A program made the translations under genes and the position numbers. From Takakia lepidozioides (lineage: Eukaryota; Plantae; Bryophyta), in contig CM060732.1 in NCBI GenBank assembly GCA_030704615.1, positions 46,128,001-46,192,000 on the forward strand: 64,000 nucleotides of DNA, given 5' to 3'. The notes under the pieces are model-generated. The model was not told where the DNA came from. It did not search any database and saw only the letters and a list, made by a program, of their open reading frames with translations. Shown piece after piece: positions 35,249 through 49,669 of this stretch (position 1 is the stretch's first letter; every line of letters starts with the position of its first letter).

Positions 35249-38200
35249 TCATTTCGTTGTTTCATCCTCTCCAGTATCTCTCAATCTCTGTGGGCTCACT
35301 GCTGCTGGGGCTTCAAGAGCTTGGAAGCGAGCCTTGTTCCTTTTCAGAAGGAAAAAAGTGAGCCAATACCAAAACAAGGCAATACGGCCCTCATTTGCCA
35401 ATGCCCCAGCTACTGACCTTTCCCCAAATGATAGCCTCTCCAACACCTGTGTAAGACGACCATTCATTTTCCTCAGATAGCAGCAACAATCAAATTCAGT
35501 TACAAGAGAGTCCTTGCCCATTGATTTCCACAAGTGACTTCCGAGGCCTGACCTCACGAGACCATGTGTGCGTTGGGGCATTCATGGGAGAGCTAACAAT
35601 TGTCAAAAAAACAAAAAACTTGAAAATTTGATTATGGACAGGATGGTAAGGATGTTCCTCTGTCCTCCATGCAGTCAATTGGAACTCATGAGAAACTAAC
35701 AGATTAAAATGTTTACTTTATGGATTTTGAAAGGTCACAGCAGGGCTCTAACGGCTCTAACGACGGTTGCACTTGAGTGAATGGCCTTAACATTGTACTC
35801 ATAAGACGTTGTTTGCCGTAGCCTTGTGGCCATTGACCCCGCGCCCAGTTTGAGCGGAAACAAAAGGGACAGAACCTACCTCTGTCAGGGGCTGACGTTG
35901 GTAGTAAGACTTACCTTCATATATAGAATTAATCCGGGTTTTCCAGATATCCTCTAGAAATCCCTTAACACAAGCATCAATCTGCTGTGTGTGATTTGCC
36001 CAAAAACTAGGCCTCAGGAGGGCCTGGGCTTTTGGCTCAGCCTCGAGAATTTCAAAGTTGGTAAACAGAGGTACAGGCACAATTCCCTTGATAGATTTGA
36101 AGAGAGCGTCTCTTTGGTGAGAGAACCCTGGACAGTGTATCAGAAAATGAATACTGTCTTCAGGTTGCCCACACAACGGGCAATTGCACTCTCCCTTTCC
36201 TCTCTGCTTCTGTTTGCTGTTCAAAGGTCGGCTTCCTGCCCTGAGTTTAAATTTCAGTCTAGTGCCGAGAGTGGGTAGACCCTTGAGGTCATCCAAGATG
36301 TCCTCCCCCATGTCACTGACTGGAAACAAGTTCAGGGAAGTTTTCTGCCTAACTTCATTTTCATCAGACAATCTCATGGCAACAGACATGGCTTTGGACA
36401 CTACAGCCTCTAAGTCAGATTTATCCAGCAGGGTCAAGACTTGCGGTTCCAGGTCTAGGTCCTTGAGAATCTCTTCTACTCTCTTCTGCCAGGACTTAGC
36501 CTGTTTGACAGGGCGATCCTGTTTCCAAGATATAGAGCGATTAACTTAGGATATCTGGTGTTGGACACATGTTGCAGCTGACCCCACCATCTGACCTTGA
36601 ATTCATCTCGTCGGGAGCTTAAGGACGGAATGCCAAACTCACCCCGAACAGCCACATTGGCTGTTTTGGAGCATGCTGACATACACTCCTTAAGCACCCC
36701 CACTTGAATCGATTCTAGAGACTTAGCCTGGTTGGAGTTATCAACCCATATTGCAGATCCGTACTCCAAGGCAGGTCTAATAACGCGACAAAGCATGGTT
36801 TTCTTAACCTCAGAGTTGACCCCTCTGCAGTGGAAAAATTTAGTGAGCCCCAGAGCTTTGCCCTTGCCAGTTTGAACAACTTTCCGGATATGTGCATCCC
36901 AATTACAATTGGAGGAAAATTCAACGCCCAGGTAAGTGTAGGAAGGGAGGACCGGGATCTCTTGGCTACCCCACTGCCACTTAAGATCACTTCCTCCCTC
37001 TCCTCTGTCGTTGAATGCTACCACTGCACATTTGCTGACATTAGCCTCTAGCCCCCAAAGATCAAAGTATCTCTTTGCGCAATCAATCAACTCCTGGAGA
37101 TTGGTTGGAGTCTCCCCTATGCCTGCGAAGTCATCTGCAAACATAAGGGCTGGTATGGTGGTATCACCCACCCTTAACCCAAATCCCTCACTTTCCACAT
37201 CCTCGAGGAGTTGATTGATGAAAACATTGAAGAGCAGAGGGGAGAGAGTACATCCTCGGGGAGCTACACCTCGGTCTATGTCAAAGAAGTTGGACTTCTG
37301 TCCGTTAACAGTGACACAGCTTTTGGTGTGAGCATACAAGTTGTGGACAACTCTCCACATCTTTCCCTTGATCCCACAAGACCAGAGGTGGAACCATAGG
37401 CCATCTCTCCACAGTGTCTCATAAGCCTTTTTGACATCCAGGAAAAAAACATAAGTGGGTTTCCCTTCTTTTTTCCTTCCCTGGATAATCTGGCTCAGAG
37501 TGAAGATATGATCCACACAGCCCCTGTTTCGCCGAAAGCCAGCTTGGCCTTCGTGGAAACAACCTCTAGACTCCAGATCAACCTCGAGACGAGTACTTAT
37601 AACTCTGCAGAATGTCTTGCCAACAGCATTGAGGAGCGTGATGCCACGGTAGTTCCCCGGTTCTTCTCTGTCACCCTTCTTGTATAGATTGACAATGACC
37701 CCCTGTCGCCAGCGAAAGGGGATCATTTCAGTCTTCCAGATAAGGTTAAAGAGGAGAACTAGGGCCTCTATCATGGGATCGCCACCGTGCTTGATAAGCT
37801 CGTTGACAATACCATCAGGTCCACCAGCTTTATATCCATTTAAATGTTCAATTGCTTCCACAATCTCAGAAGAACTAATGGGAGCGTTATAAGCCATTGA
37901 AATATACTCCAGTTCATCAGGGCTGTTTTGAATCATAGGAACAGTTTTTCCCTCCATTCAGCAGAAGACCCCTCACTGTTAGACCTAGAAGTTCTGCCAA
38001 GGATACTGTAGTGAGTTTCAAAGGTTTTGACAATGTCAACCGATGAAGTCACCACTGCACCTTTAGTCAAAGTTACCAAATGGTGAAGGGCAACAGCTCA
38101 GACCTGCATCCATTCAAGGCTGGCACGGCTGAAAAACAAATATGCTTCCAGGTCATCATAAGACCCTCCATAGATTTGTGACCCCTTGAAAAAATGGTTG

Positions 38201-41200
38201 TTTGGCTCCACAAATAGAATGGGTACTCCCCAAGCGCTTGTACTTGCTGACCGTTTTTCGGCTTGTATAAACGTTGAAGGGCCAACCAGAATTTCTTGTC
38301 ATTACCACCATGGTGGTTTGAGTTTATTTCACTGTATAACTTCTCCCAGTATAATTTCTTCTGAGACCTAACAAGCTGATTGATATCTTTACGGAGCTGG
38401 TAGTACCTCGCCCACAATTCTCTGTTGGTTTTCAAATTGCAGCACTCTTTATAGAGGGCTCGTCTCTCAGCTATCTTGAGTTTAATCTCATTGGTCCACC
38501 AATTAACAGCTCTACCGCAGACAATTAGTTTCCTCCCAATGAATGGCCTTAACAGAAAGAGGACAAGTAGGGTTGCATGTTTCTTCGGCGACCACTAGAT
38601 AGTTACGGGCTCCGAATGCATAGCACCTTTAGTCCACTGTGTATCCAGATCCTACTGTCTTCTACAAATTCTTGTTGGCTCAAATGGGTGAACATACCTG
38701 TTTAATAGGTGGCCGTTTATTCACCTGGGGTAACTGGGCACCCCCTGCTTTGGCTGCTTAAACTATCCTTCAATGTAAACCTAACCTAACCACCTGGCTG
38801 TTGGACGCTGTAATGGCTAATCCAAACCAGGCATCTTTCAAGAACTCTCAATCTGAGGCACCAGATGTTAACCAAGTTATATTCTTGCCCATGTGGGTCC
38901 TCGCATTTGACCCCAAGTGAAAGAGTACGACTCTTGGTCGAGACATTACTTACAAAAACTTGCCCCACCTTGATCAACCTAAAGTCTGTTTATCACACAA
39001 CTCTAGTGTGAACTCCAAAATGCAGAAAAAGAACTGACCTGCTCGCCTGTTGTCAGATCAGTGGCATTTTTGGCTTCGAATTTGAGCCCCTTAAATTCGT
39101 TGATGGAAAGAGCTTGAAAGGCCCTGGCAGCATCATCAGAAAAGGCCATCCCATGAGTAGCATAAATCACAAAATAGGCAGATTCTCTCTCTCTAGAATC
39201 CATTCAAGTGGGGGTGTGTAAGGAGTGCATGTCAGCATGCTCCAAAACAGCCAATGTGGCTGTTCTGCGTGAGTTTGGCATCCCTCCCTTAAGCTCCCGA
39301 CGAGATGAATTCAAGGTCAGATGGTGGGGTCAGCTGCAACATATGTCCAACATCAATACCCTAAGTTAAGATATATCTTGGAAGCAGGATCGCCCTGTCA
39401 AACAGGCAAAGTCCTGGCGGAAGAGAGTAGAAGAGATTCTCAAGGATCTGAATCTTAGCCCGCAAGTCTTGACCCTGCTGGATAAATCTGACTTAGAGGC
39501 TGTAGTCTCCAAAGCCACATCTGTTGCCAGGAAAACTTGTTTCCAGCCTGTGACATGGGAGAGGACATCATGGGTGACCTTAAGGGTCTACCCACTCTCG
39601 GCACTAGACTGAAATTTCAACTCAGGGCGGGAAGCCTACCTTTGAACAGCAAACAGAGGCAGAGAGGAAAGGGAGAGTGCAATTGCCCGTTGTGTGGGCA
39701 ACCTGAAGACAATATTCATTTCCTGATTCATTGTCCGGGGTTCTCTCACCAGAAAGACGCTCTCTTCAAGGAATTATGCCTGTAACTCTGTTTACCAACT
39801 TTGAAAGTCTTGAGGCTGAGCCAAAAGCCCAGGGCCTTTTTGGGCCTAGTTATTGGGCAAACAACACACAGCAGGTTGATGCTTGTGTAAAGGGATTTCT
39901 AGAGGATATCTGGAAAACCAATATCAATTGTTTATTCCAAGGTAAGTCTTACTGTCAGCGTCAGCCCCTGACAAAGGTAGGTTCCGTCCCTTTGTGTTCC
40001 GCTCAAACTGGGCGTGGGGTCAATGGCCAGAAGGCTACGGCAAACAACGTCTTACAAGTACATTCTATTCCTTCTGTTTTCCATCCGAACTGGGCGCGGG
40101 GTCCATAGGTCACAAGGCTACGGCAAACTATGTCTCATGAGCACATTCCCTCTCTGTGCATGGAGCACTTTGTCTCCAAGTGATGCTCACAGCATTTTGA
40201 TGTGCTTTTCTTGTGGTTCTACTTTGTCACATATGCCCTCGCCTGTGGACATTATGAAGTTCTTTCATTTCCTCTTTTCCTCTATTGTGATTTAAGTTCT
40301 TAGTAAAAGAAAAGGGGAGAACGATACAGATCAGACCTTTTCAATCAAAAAGCTAAATAAAAAACATGACCCCAGATTCTTCTCCATGCATCGGAATCTG
40401 TGGATGTTTATGTCAGTATGGTTTCTCTTTGCTCCTATGACCCATCATTACGGCTCCCAGTGGACATTATAAATACTTCCTCTCACAATGACACATAAGA
40501 GCTTACCATCGGATAAGGGAGACTTCAGGAATCCATCGAAAGATTGCAGGAGTATTTTCAGAGTTGACATAGTAGCCCCCGAAGACAATGATTACTGTCA
40601 TAAGTGAGGGTCCCAGCGCCAAAGCAGCCTCAGTGGTGGGCACCATAGCGCCCACAGTCAACCCCATGGCAGATGCAGCAAATGCTTCAACTGTAACTAC
40701 TCCAGAGAATGCGCAAAACCTGGTCCATCCACAAGCCACAGAACAATTATAGAGAATTATAAATTTTTTGCTCTACCTAGGCATTGTGAAATGGCTGGAA
40801 AGACTTAAGTTGATCCCCTGGTACCAATAGTCATAAAATTTGAGCCCCTCATGTTGGGTGGCAGTTAGAATTCGCACTGATTGCAGATTATCAGTGACTG
40901 CTACGTGAGTCTAATACATTGGAGAATGGCTTGAAGGGCCTTCTGTGCTCTGGGTGACAAGGAGGTGTGTTCAGATGTACATTGCAGCAAGACTTTTTTT
41001 TATTGCAAATTGAAGGAGGTCAAACTACTCTTGACCATTAAGTTCAAGGACACAGATACAGTGGGGAAGATGTACTCAATAACCTCTGCTTCCCCTAAAC
41101 AGACAAAGCTTTAGATTGTACTCATAAGACGTTTGCCATAGCCCTGTGGCTTTAGAGACTGTCCAAGAGAGAAAAAGAACAGATTATTACATCCCAGAGC

Positions 41201-44200
41201 CCCAGAGATATCATCCCTAAGAAAAGCTCTGCTTGTCAGATGGGCCTACTGCAAAAGGCATTAAAATGAAGAAAAACAAACCTTTGAAGACTGGGATGAA
41301 GCCGTGTCATCGGGTACAGGATACAGCCAAACAGAAGAGGAAAAGCGGCACTGACAGGTGCCTCAGCCACTAACTTGGCCAGCAGATATGGGGACAAGCC
41401 ATAGCTGCCCTTGGCGCGCTCTCTCTGCACAATTGCTCTCTCTTTCGGAAAGACATTTACTGTCTTGGTGAGCGCTGCCATGGCTGTGTTTATGGCCGCC
41501 ACCTGCAATATCCACTTGAGCCTTAATGGAATGATTGGTCTTTTGATGCTAATCACTGGAAACAGAGCCTACGTGCAGCCATCCACATGTTAAGGTGCAA
41601 ACATGGGATGGAAATACCACTCAAACATTTGACTGACATGTATGCAGAGTACCCAGCATGAATCAAGTACTTCCTTTGATTCAAGAAACTATTCCAAACA
41701 GCAGCCAGTGCACTACCAAGCTTAATGATCGAATTTGTGCGCATCATGAGAAAAATACCGTGAATGAGCAACCAGAAATGACATGAGAAAAGTCCACCAG
41801 TTTCCAGGACATTCCCCTAAAAAATGTGAGCTCATAGGCTAGTTTCTACTAGGTGAAACGAAGAACACACCTGCAGAAGGCCCATCCGATCTTGGATAGA
41901 AGTCTGGGACCATCCCATCCGCCAGAATATGGAGCCAAATATGATGGCCGATGCAACTGACATACTGCCCCTTACTTTGTTGGTTGCTCGGTCTCTGGTA
42001 GTCTGGCAGGGCATCCATCTATGTTAGAATCATCTTGCAATTTATGCTTGCCACCAACACATGCTCTGCACAAGAGAGATCTAATCCACCTGTGAATTTT
42101 AGATATGACCTCTGTGTGGACGCTACCCCCACCAGAGCACTGGAGTTTCCACTGACCAGTGTTCAAACCCAGACTGAAATTGCCAGCACTCACCCACAAG
42201 AAACCAGAATAGGGTTGCCTAGGATTTAGGGATTGGCATTCATATCGAAAGCATGGTGGATTCCAGCTATGCACTTCCCTTCACAAGTTATGACAGGCAC
42301 ATACAGCTGTAACTGTACTGCAGACACAGGCATAGGCAGATGTACTCATTAGAACTTGCTTGCCATACCCTTCCTTGTGGCCGTATACCTCATGCCCTGG
42401 TTGGATGGAGCAGAAGGGGATGGGAGGAGAGCAGAATGGAGCACCAGAAAATTCTTGGAAGGCTCCCTGCAGTCATTTGACTGAGATACTTTGATCTGCA
42501 ATCTTGTCCCACTGCCATTTTCACAAATGCAACCAAAAAGAGAGACCAAGGAAGAGACCTAGGACTCAGGCTGTGTAGTTTCACAGATACTTGAGTTTCA
42601 ACACCCCTCACTCATATTACTAAATAGCTGAGAGAATTGACTTGCACTGTGCATTGAGGGTATGTACCTGCATCCATGCCCGCCGCAACAACAAACCGAA
42701 TTGCTGCCACCAGCCCCCTCTTTGAATAGAAACTCTCCCAGAAGGACATTTTCCAGTTACAGCCTCATCCTTTGCTTCGTCAGAGGAAGTGAGAGAGTAC
42801 TGATCCACAGAGATTATTTTCCCACCTTTGGCAGCGAACGAATCAACCAGGCTAGCCACTTTCTTGCAGGTGGCGGCTTCACTCTCAGAGGAGCTGTAGT
42901 CAATGGAGATAAGGTCCGCAAAGTACTCCGCAGGGTTCACATGCTCAGGGCAATTGTACCTACACATATGAGAAGTTCAATCATGTTTATTTCTACAACA
43001 TCCCCAAGTACTTGGAAGGGTTCATGTGCGTAAATTGATAACTGCCCACAATGCTTGTAACTACTCAATTTACTCCAAATGCTGTGAATTCTAAAGGGTA
43101 AACTAACCCAAGTTCAGCAAAGTAGGAGAGAGCCTGGTCATGGGCAGGGCCGGCGTAGACGATTGACCCAGCAGAGAGAAGAACAAGGTTGTCAAATTTG
43201 GAATAAATGGATCCACGTGGTTGGTGAATGGAGCAGACAACTGTATGGCCCTCTTGGGCCAGCTTCCGTAAAGTCTCCATCACCTTTTCTGCCTGAAATG
43301 CATCCAAACCTGCAATTCAGGGGCTCCTCCGTCAATGTGAGAATCAAATATGTAAATAAGGGCTCATCACATGCTCCACAGGTGGGTGCTACAAGCGCTA
43401 CAAATGTCAACTTTTCAGTCAAGTGACTGCTTCAGACAAACATCCAAGATTAATTAACGATGCAGTCAGCTACGAAGATCTTTGTGGTCTCTCAAACAAG
43501 AACCCTTCTGATCCCAAAAGCAAAGAGCACGACTGCAACTATGAGCTGAGTAGTGGATGTCACAACCTGTTGTGGGTTCATCTGCAAATATAACAGAAGG
43601 GCTGGCAATGAGTTCACAGGCTATGGAGAGCCGCTTTTTCTCCCCCCCGCTGATGCCACGGACCTTTGCATCACCCACGATTGTATCTGCACAGCTTACC
43701 TGTTCATAAGAGGCAAAATCTCAGACATCAAAGGCTAGAGCATTCATGTTAACAACGTCCAAGAGTTTAAGCTCTGTTAAGCTGCCGCATGTGAGGCTTT
43801 TAATTGGGTCTACACCTGCTACCCAAGAGACATCACACTGAGACTGTGTTGCATCAATTCCTGGTGGATTAGTGACTTCACCGTGTCACATATATCAAGC
43901 ATACAACCTTGGACCTCCATCAAACAATGTGACTTAATGCAGGTGGACACCTACCAAGCCAAGGCGATAGAGCAACTCCTCCACATATCGATCTCTAATC
44001 AATGCTTTCCAGGTCTTTGGCAACTGAAGCTCTGCTGCAAGTGACAGTGTCTCTCTTACTGTGAGTTGAGAAAAGAAAAGGTCCTCTTGTCTCACGTATG
44101 CCAGCCTGCAGGCAACACTCCCACCACTTATACCATCATCCTGCATCAGATTAGAAAGCTCTATAATCTACAGTGTTCCAATTCAGCTTTCACACAGATA

Positions 44201-47200
44201 TAAATGAATATGGAGTCTAGAGACATGAAATTATCGATTAAGAACGCCAAATGAAAAACTACGAGCTACAGTTGGCAATACACAGAGTGTCAAATGAGCA
44301 ATTTACAACAAGGTTTGAGAAGAGAAAACTATGATTCATGTCAGACCTGTGCTTGGAGGCTGAGGATGATGAGTTGAGGTACCCAGTCAGCTGAAGGTGA
44401 GGCGATGCCGAGAGCTGACCTGCTAGCACATTCAGAAGAGTTGTCTTGCCTGAACCTGATGGCCCCATGATAGCAAGTAATTTTCCTGCCTTTGCCTCCC
44501 CACTGACATTTCGTAGCAAAGTCTTCGTCTGCACACACAACTTTCAGCAATGAGTCAAACAGTACCCTTCCTACTATCATGACTCCTGCTCTTTCAAGAG
44601 TGCACCTCTGATCCTATTACCAAAGTGTGTGGTAATGACGAACAAGCAAAATGCCACCATTCACAACCATATGGTGCATATTGTAGCATCTTATCCCTTC
44701 TCATCCAACTCAATGTCCTCGCAAGGACAAACATCCCATTAGCTCATTACATTGGTAGATTGCAACCATTTTGCTATAAAGTCTATTGTGTCAAGCTGCT
44801 CTAGCTACCCTGCCTAGAGCCTTGACTATTATTGAAGGCTTTGTTGTAAGAGTAGCTTAAGGCAGTCCTGCCTTTCAATATGCTTCCCGGATTTTCAATC
44901 TAGTTCTTATATTAGCACAGGGTTAAACCTCTAGGGCTTGTGGAGGACCCCATAAACATACTAGGTATTAACTTGTTGGTGTTTTGTTCTTGCAAATTTT
45001 GACTGGGAATTATCATACTCTCCCTCTCCAAACTTTTGGGAGAAAAATAGGTCTTGGGAGAGGCAATCTCTACAATTTCTATTGAACGCCGCTGTCAGAC
45101 ACAAATTTGTCAACACACTCGTCAAAGGCAGAAACAGAGGTGTTCTCTTTATAGAATGTACTCGTAAGACATTTTCCGTAGCCTTGTGGCCATTGACCCC
45201 GCGCCCAGTTTGAGTGGAACACAAAGGGACAGAAACTACCTTGTCAGGGCTGACGCCAGTAGTATGACTTACCTTGGAACAGACAATTGATCCGAGTTTT
45301 CCAGATATCCTCTAGAAATCCCTTTGCACAAGCATCAATCTGCTGTGTGTGATTTGCCCAATAACTAGGCCCCAAAAGGGCCTGGGCTTTTGGCTCTGCC
45401 TCAAGACTTTCAAAGTTGGTAAAACAGAGGTACAGGAACAAATCCCTTATTGGATTTGAAGAGGGAGTCTGTCTGGTGAGATTACCCAGGACAATGAATC
45501 AGACGTGGATATTGTCTGCCCACACAACAGGCATTTGCAAATCCCTTTCCTCTCTGCATCTGTTTGCTGTTCAAAGGTAAGCTTCCTGCCCTGAGTTTAA
45601 AGTCTAGTGCCGAGTGGGTAAGCCCTGGAGGTCATCCATGATGGCCTCCCCCATGTCACAGACTGGAAACAAGTTCAGGGATATTTTCTGCCTAACTTCA
45701 GTTTCATCGACAATTTTCTGGCAACACACATAGCTTTGGACACATCAGCCTCTAAGTCAGATTTATCCAGCAGGGTGAAGACTTGCGGACTTAGATTCAG
45801 ATCCTTGAATATCTCTTCTATCCTCTTCTGCCAGGACTTGGCCTGTTCGACAGGGCGATCCTGCTTCCAAGATATAGTGTCGATTAACTTAGCATATCTG
45901 ATATGAGTGATACATTGCAGCTGACCCCACCATCTGACCTTGAATTATCTCGTTGGGAGCTTAAGGGAGGTATGCCAAACTCACCCCGAACAGCCACGTT
46001 AGCTATTTTGGAGCATGCTGACATGCACGCCTTGAGCACCCCTACTTGAATGGATTCTAGAGACTTCGCCTGGTTGGAGTTATCAACCCACACAGCAAAT
46101 GCACACTCCAAGGCAGGCCTAATAAGGCGGCAAAGCATGGTTTTTTTTACTTCAGACTTGATCCCTCTGCAGTGGAAAAATTTAGTGAGACCCAACGCTT
46201 TGCGCTTGCCAGATTGAACAACATTTTGAATATGTGCATCCCAGTAACAGTTGGAAGAAATCTCAACGCCAAGGTATGTGTAGGAAGGGAGGACGGAATC
46301 TCTTGGCTTCCCCTCTGCCACTTGAGGTCGCCTCCTCCCTCCCCTTGGTCATTGAATGCCGCCACTGCGCATTTACTGACGTTAGCCTCTAGGTCAAAGT
46401 ATCTCTTCGTGCAATCAATCAACTCCTGAAGATTGGATGCAGTCTCCCCTATCCCTGCTTAAGTCATCTGCAAACATAAGGGCTGGTATGGTGGCATCAC
46501 CCACCCTTAACCCACTTTCCACATCCTCAAGAAGTTGATTGATGAAAACATTGAAGAGCAAGGGGAGAGGGTACATCCTTGACACCTTGGTCAGTGTCAA
46601 AGAAGTTAGACTTCTGTCCATTAACAGTGACACAGCTTTTGGTGTGAGCATACAAGTTATGGACCACTCTCCACATCTTTCCCTGGATCCCAGATGACTA
46701 CAGTCAGAGCCATAGACCATCTCTCCACACTGTGTCCTAAGCCTTTTTGACATCCAAGAAAAAGACAAACGTGGGTTTCCCTTCCTTTTTCGTTCCCTGG
46801 ATAATCTGGCTTACGGTGAAGGTATGATCCACGAAGCCCCTGTTTCTCCGAAAGCCAGCTTGGCCTTCATGGAAACAACCTCTAGACTCCAGATCAACCT
46901 CGAGACGAGTACTTATAACTCCGCAAAATATCTTGCCAACTGCATTAAGAAGCGTGATGCCTCAATAGTTTCCTGGCTCTTCTCTGTCACCCTTTCTTGT
47001 GTAGATTGACACTGACCTCCTGTCGCCAGCGAAAGGGGATCAGTTTAGGTCCTCCAGATAAGATTAAAGAGAAGTACAAGGGCCTCTATCATGGGGTCGC
47101 CACCGGGCTTGATAAGCTCATTGACTATGCCATCAGGTCCACCAGCTTTATATCCATTTAAATGCTCAATTGCTTCTACAATCTCAGAAGAACTAATGGG

Positions 47201-48448
47201 AGCGTTGTAACCCTTTGAAATATACTCCAGTTCATCAGGGCTGTCTTGAATCATAGGAACAGTTTTTCAACTTTCTCCTTCCATTCTTCAGAAGACCCTC
47301 ACTGTTAGACCTAGAATTTCTGCCAAGGATACTGTAGTGATTCCAAGGTTTTGACAATGTCAACCGTTGTCACTGCACCCATAGTAGTCCTCAGCGCTTG
47401 TACTTGCTGACAATTTTTCGGCTTGTATAGATGTTGAAGGGCCAACCAGAATTTCTTGTCATTACCACCATGGTGATTTGAGTTTATTTTACTGTATAAC
47501 TTGTCCCAATATAATTTCTTTGGAGACCTTACAAGCTGATTAATATCTTTGTGGCCCACAATTCTTTGTTGACTTTCATAATTCAGCACTCTTTGTAGAG
47601 GACTCATCTGATCTTGTCAGCCACAGAGGAGACTAAACTGTCCCAAGAATCCGCAGCTCATTTGACTTCCATTTCTTGCATTTCCAGAGCGAGACAGAAG
47701 ATCTTAGAGCGAATGGACAAAGTTTTCGTTATAGAGACAGTAGGCTAAGAATTACAACTGAATCTCAAACATCTCTCTCTCTGAGAATCCACTTAATGGT
47801 TGTGGTTTGACTGAGAGAAACCATACAGAGAGCCTGACTTCCATCACAAAAGCCATGTGCAGGAAGATATAGGATGGGCTTTTGCCATGTCCGCAGTACA
47901 ATCACCACATTTCCACTTTTAGAACACGACAAGCTCTTCATACTAGAAATCTTTGGTAATTCAACCGCAACGTTGAAGAGTAAGGAAGGAATCCACACCT
48001 GTGAGAATCGCTCATATTGGAACGGTCATTACGTCTGTTCTTACTGGTGGGTTTGTATACTCTTTGACTGTTAAAGCTTGGAGTGTGAAAGGGTAGACAG
48101 TCATTTCTTCAATTTCTTTAAGTCCTACTCCCGCTGCTAGGATAAAATCGTTTGTCCCCAGTAATTATTGCAGCAATTAGCAACCTCACTCTTTCTGTTC
48201 CTCTCCAGGCCACACAGCTTGGTGAGAGCACTTACTACATTGCCTGCCTTATCGAGCACAACACAGGTCACATTATCCCATGCCAGGTTGACAGACTTCA
48301 CGCCTGTGCTGCTAGCCTCTTCAGGATCACCAATTTCTGCCTGCTCATTCCCCTCGGAATAATCCTTGGGCCTGTTCCGAGTCGACAGGAACCGGACCAA
48401 CAGAGTTGCAGCAGCAGCTGCAAGCATGGCAGCCAGATTCGGCGCCAT
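35249..48448 (-). CDS. ABCG7: ABC transporter G family member 7 (WBC7-type half transporter), 11 exons, 673 aa
   Basis: Exons 48448-48236, 44528-44347, 44105-43955, 43699-43567, 43309-43108, 42959-42668, 42002-41871, 41502-41282, 40719-40507, 39123-39039, 35446-35249. All introns GT-AG with consistent phase. [55 protein letters not shown] as in plant ABCG7. Confidence 0.95.
35793..38539 (-). mobile_element. 5'-truncated LINE (non-L1-like RT + C-terminal CCHC) in ABCG7 intron 10
   Basis: [36 protein letters not shown]; CPLC..HFLIHC. 15-bp TSD TGAATGGCCTTAACA at 35778-35792 and 38540-38554. Confidence 0.95.
39196..40147 (+). mobile_element. 3' fragment of the same LINE in intron 9, with doubled 3' end
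   Basis: Homologous to 35793-36715; the last ~55 nt recur at 40089-40147. Confidence 0.9.
41116..41148 (-). mobile_element. 33-bp extreme 5'-truncated LINE copy in intron 8
   Basis: TTGTACTCATAAGACGTTTGCCATAGCCCTGTG matches the LINE 3' end; flanked by GCTTTAGA at 41108-41115 and 41149-41156. Confidence 0.8.
45152..47608 (-). mobile_element. Degenerate 5'-truncated LINE of the same family in intron 1
   Basis: Colinear with 35793-38460 with many frameshifts; no clear TSD. Confidence 0.92.
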
Positions 48449-48856
48449 GGCCTTATTCCCCTACACACAGCGGATACCAGACTACCGTTGTCCCGCCTCT
48501 CAATCAACTCCTCGAGATTTGCCTTCTCCCTCTCTCTTGCATTCTCCGTTCATAGACCCCTTGCATTTACGTCTGCACTATCTGCATCTGCATCAGCAGA
48601 TGTTTGTCACGAGTGTCTCCCACGCCACATGTATCTTGAGCACTTTGAGTGACTAGCATGTGGGTGTTGCAAGCAGTCTGTTTAGTGGGTGGTAGACTTT
48701 AGCTTCAGATTGTTGTTCTACTTTTTTTTCCTCTCTTTATCTTCTGAATTGGAAGAGAAGGAAACCCTGTATAATAGGTAACATTGTGAGGGCCTTGAAG
48801 GCAGTACAAAGGAGGGTACCTATTGTTCAGTGTTGTGCGCGTAGTGCCTTTTTAAG

Positions 48857-49669
48857 GAACCCGCCAGGTTCGGGTTTTTTTCTAGAGCCAAGTCCGGGTC
48901 GGGATCCGGATTTTTGAAATTGGGAGAAAGAAAATGAAGAAAAGAAAATCCGGGTTTGGGTATTTGAACAATCCGGGTCAGTGTCCTGGTAGTTGCTGGA
49001 AGTCGGTACAGGGTCCTGATTAATTGATTGAATAAATTAGAAAAAATGAAAACAATAGCTATTTGATTGAAAAAAAAACTAAATCCTAATGGCAAATTTT
49101 ATCTTAAGAGATATTCTTTCAAGATGTACCATACATATAGCTTCTCATAGTTTGATAATTGCGATTTGAATGTGGGCACGTGTGGTTGTGGCAGGGCCCG
49201 CTGGTGGCACGTATGCTCGGGTGAGCCGCCCAAGGGCCAAGGAAGCGAGAGGGGACGAGTCTGTTGGGCCCACAAAACACCTCATAGATAAATAATTAAT
49301 TATTTTGCAAAAAGCAACGGCTAGTGTGGTGGTAAAGAGCAACATCTGGTGAACATGAGGTCTGTTGTTCAAATCCTGGTAGGTGATATTATGGTGGTAG
49401 TGTGTATAAATATATATTTTGTTTGAGGAGGGTATGAAGGTTGGAGTTAGGCGCTCAGAGTTTGCTCACCAGTCAGTCCGCTCGTCAATCGCCCAGTCTG
49501 CTGGTGAGTCCCCTCGCCAATCCGCCGGTTAGTCCGCTCGTCAATCCGCTGGCCAGTTGGAGTCAGTCTGTTGAGGGTCTGGCCAATCCGTTAGAAGGTC
49601 AGCTGCCGTTAAAGAACTAGGACATAGAAAAAATTCAAAATCTAGACCCGGTGAAAGGGGGGTGGGTTC
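48857..49669. mobile_element. Possible MITE with GAACCC(G/A)CC ends, containing a tRNA-like segment and a degenerate ~11-bp repeat
   Basis: GAACCCGCC at 48857 and GGTGGGTTC ending 49669; CCGGGT motifs; A/B boxes at ~49320-49378; CAGTCCGCTGG-like repeats at 49465-49600. No TSD found. Confidence 0.35.

Noticed and set aside
38786-38977. Possible LINE endonuclease fragment in intron 10
   Set aside because: Only a vague LVNIW-like motif; no catalytic residues visible.
49319-49383. tRNA gene
   Set aside because: A/B boxes only; no convincing acceptor or anticodon stems.
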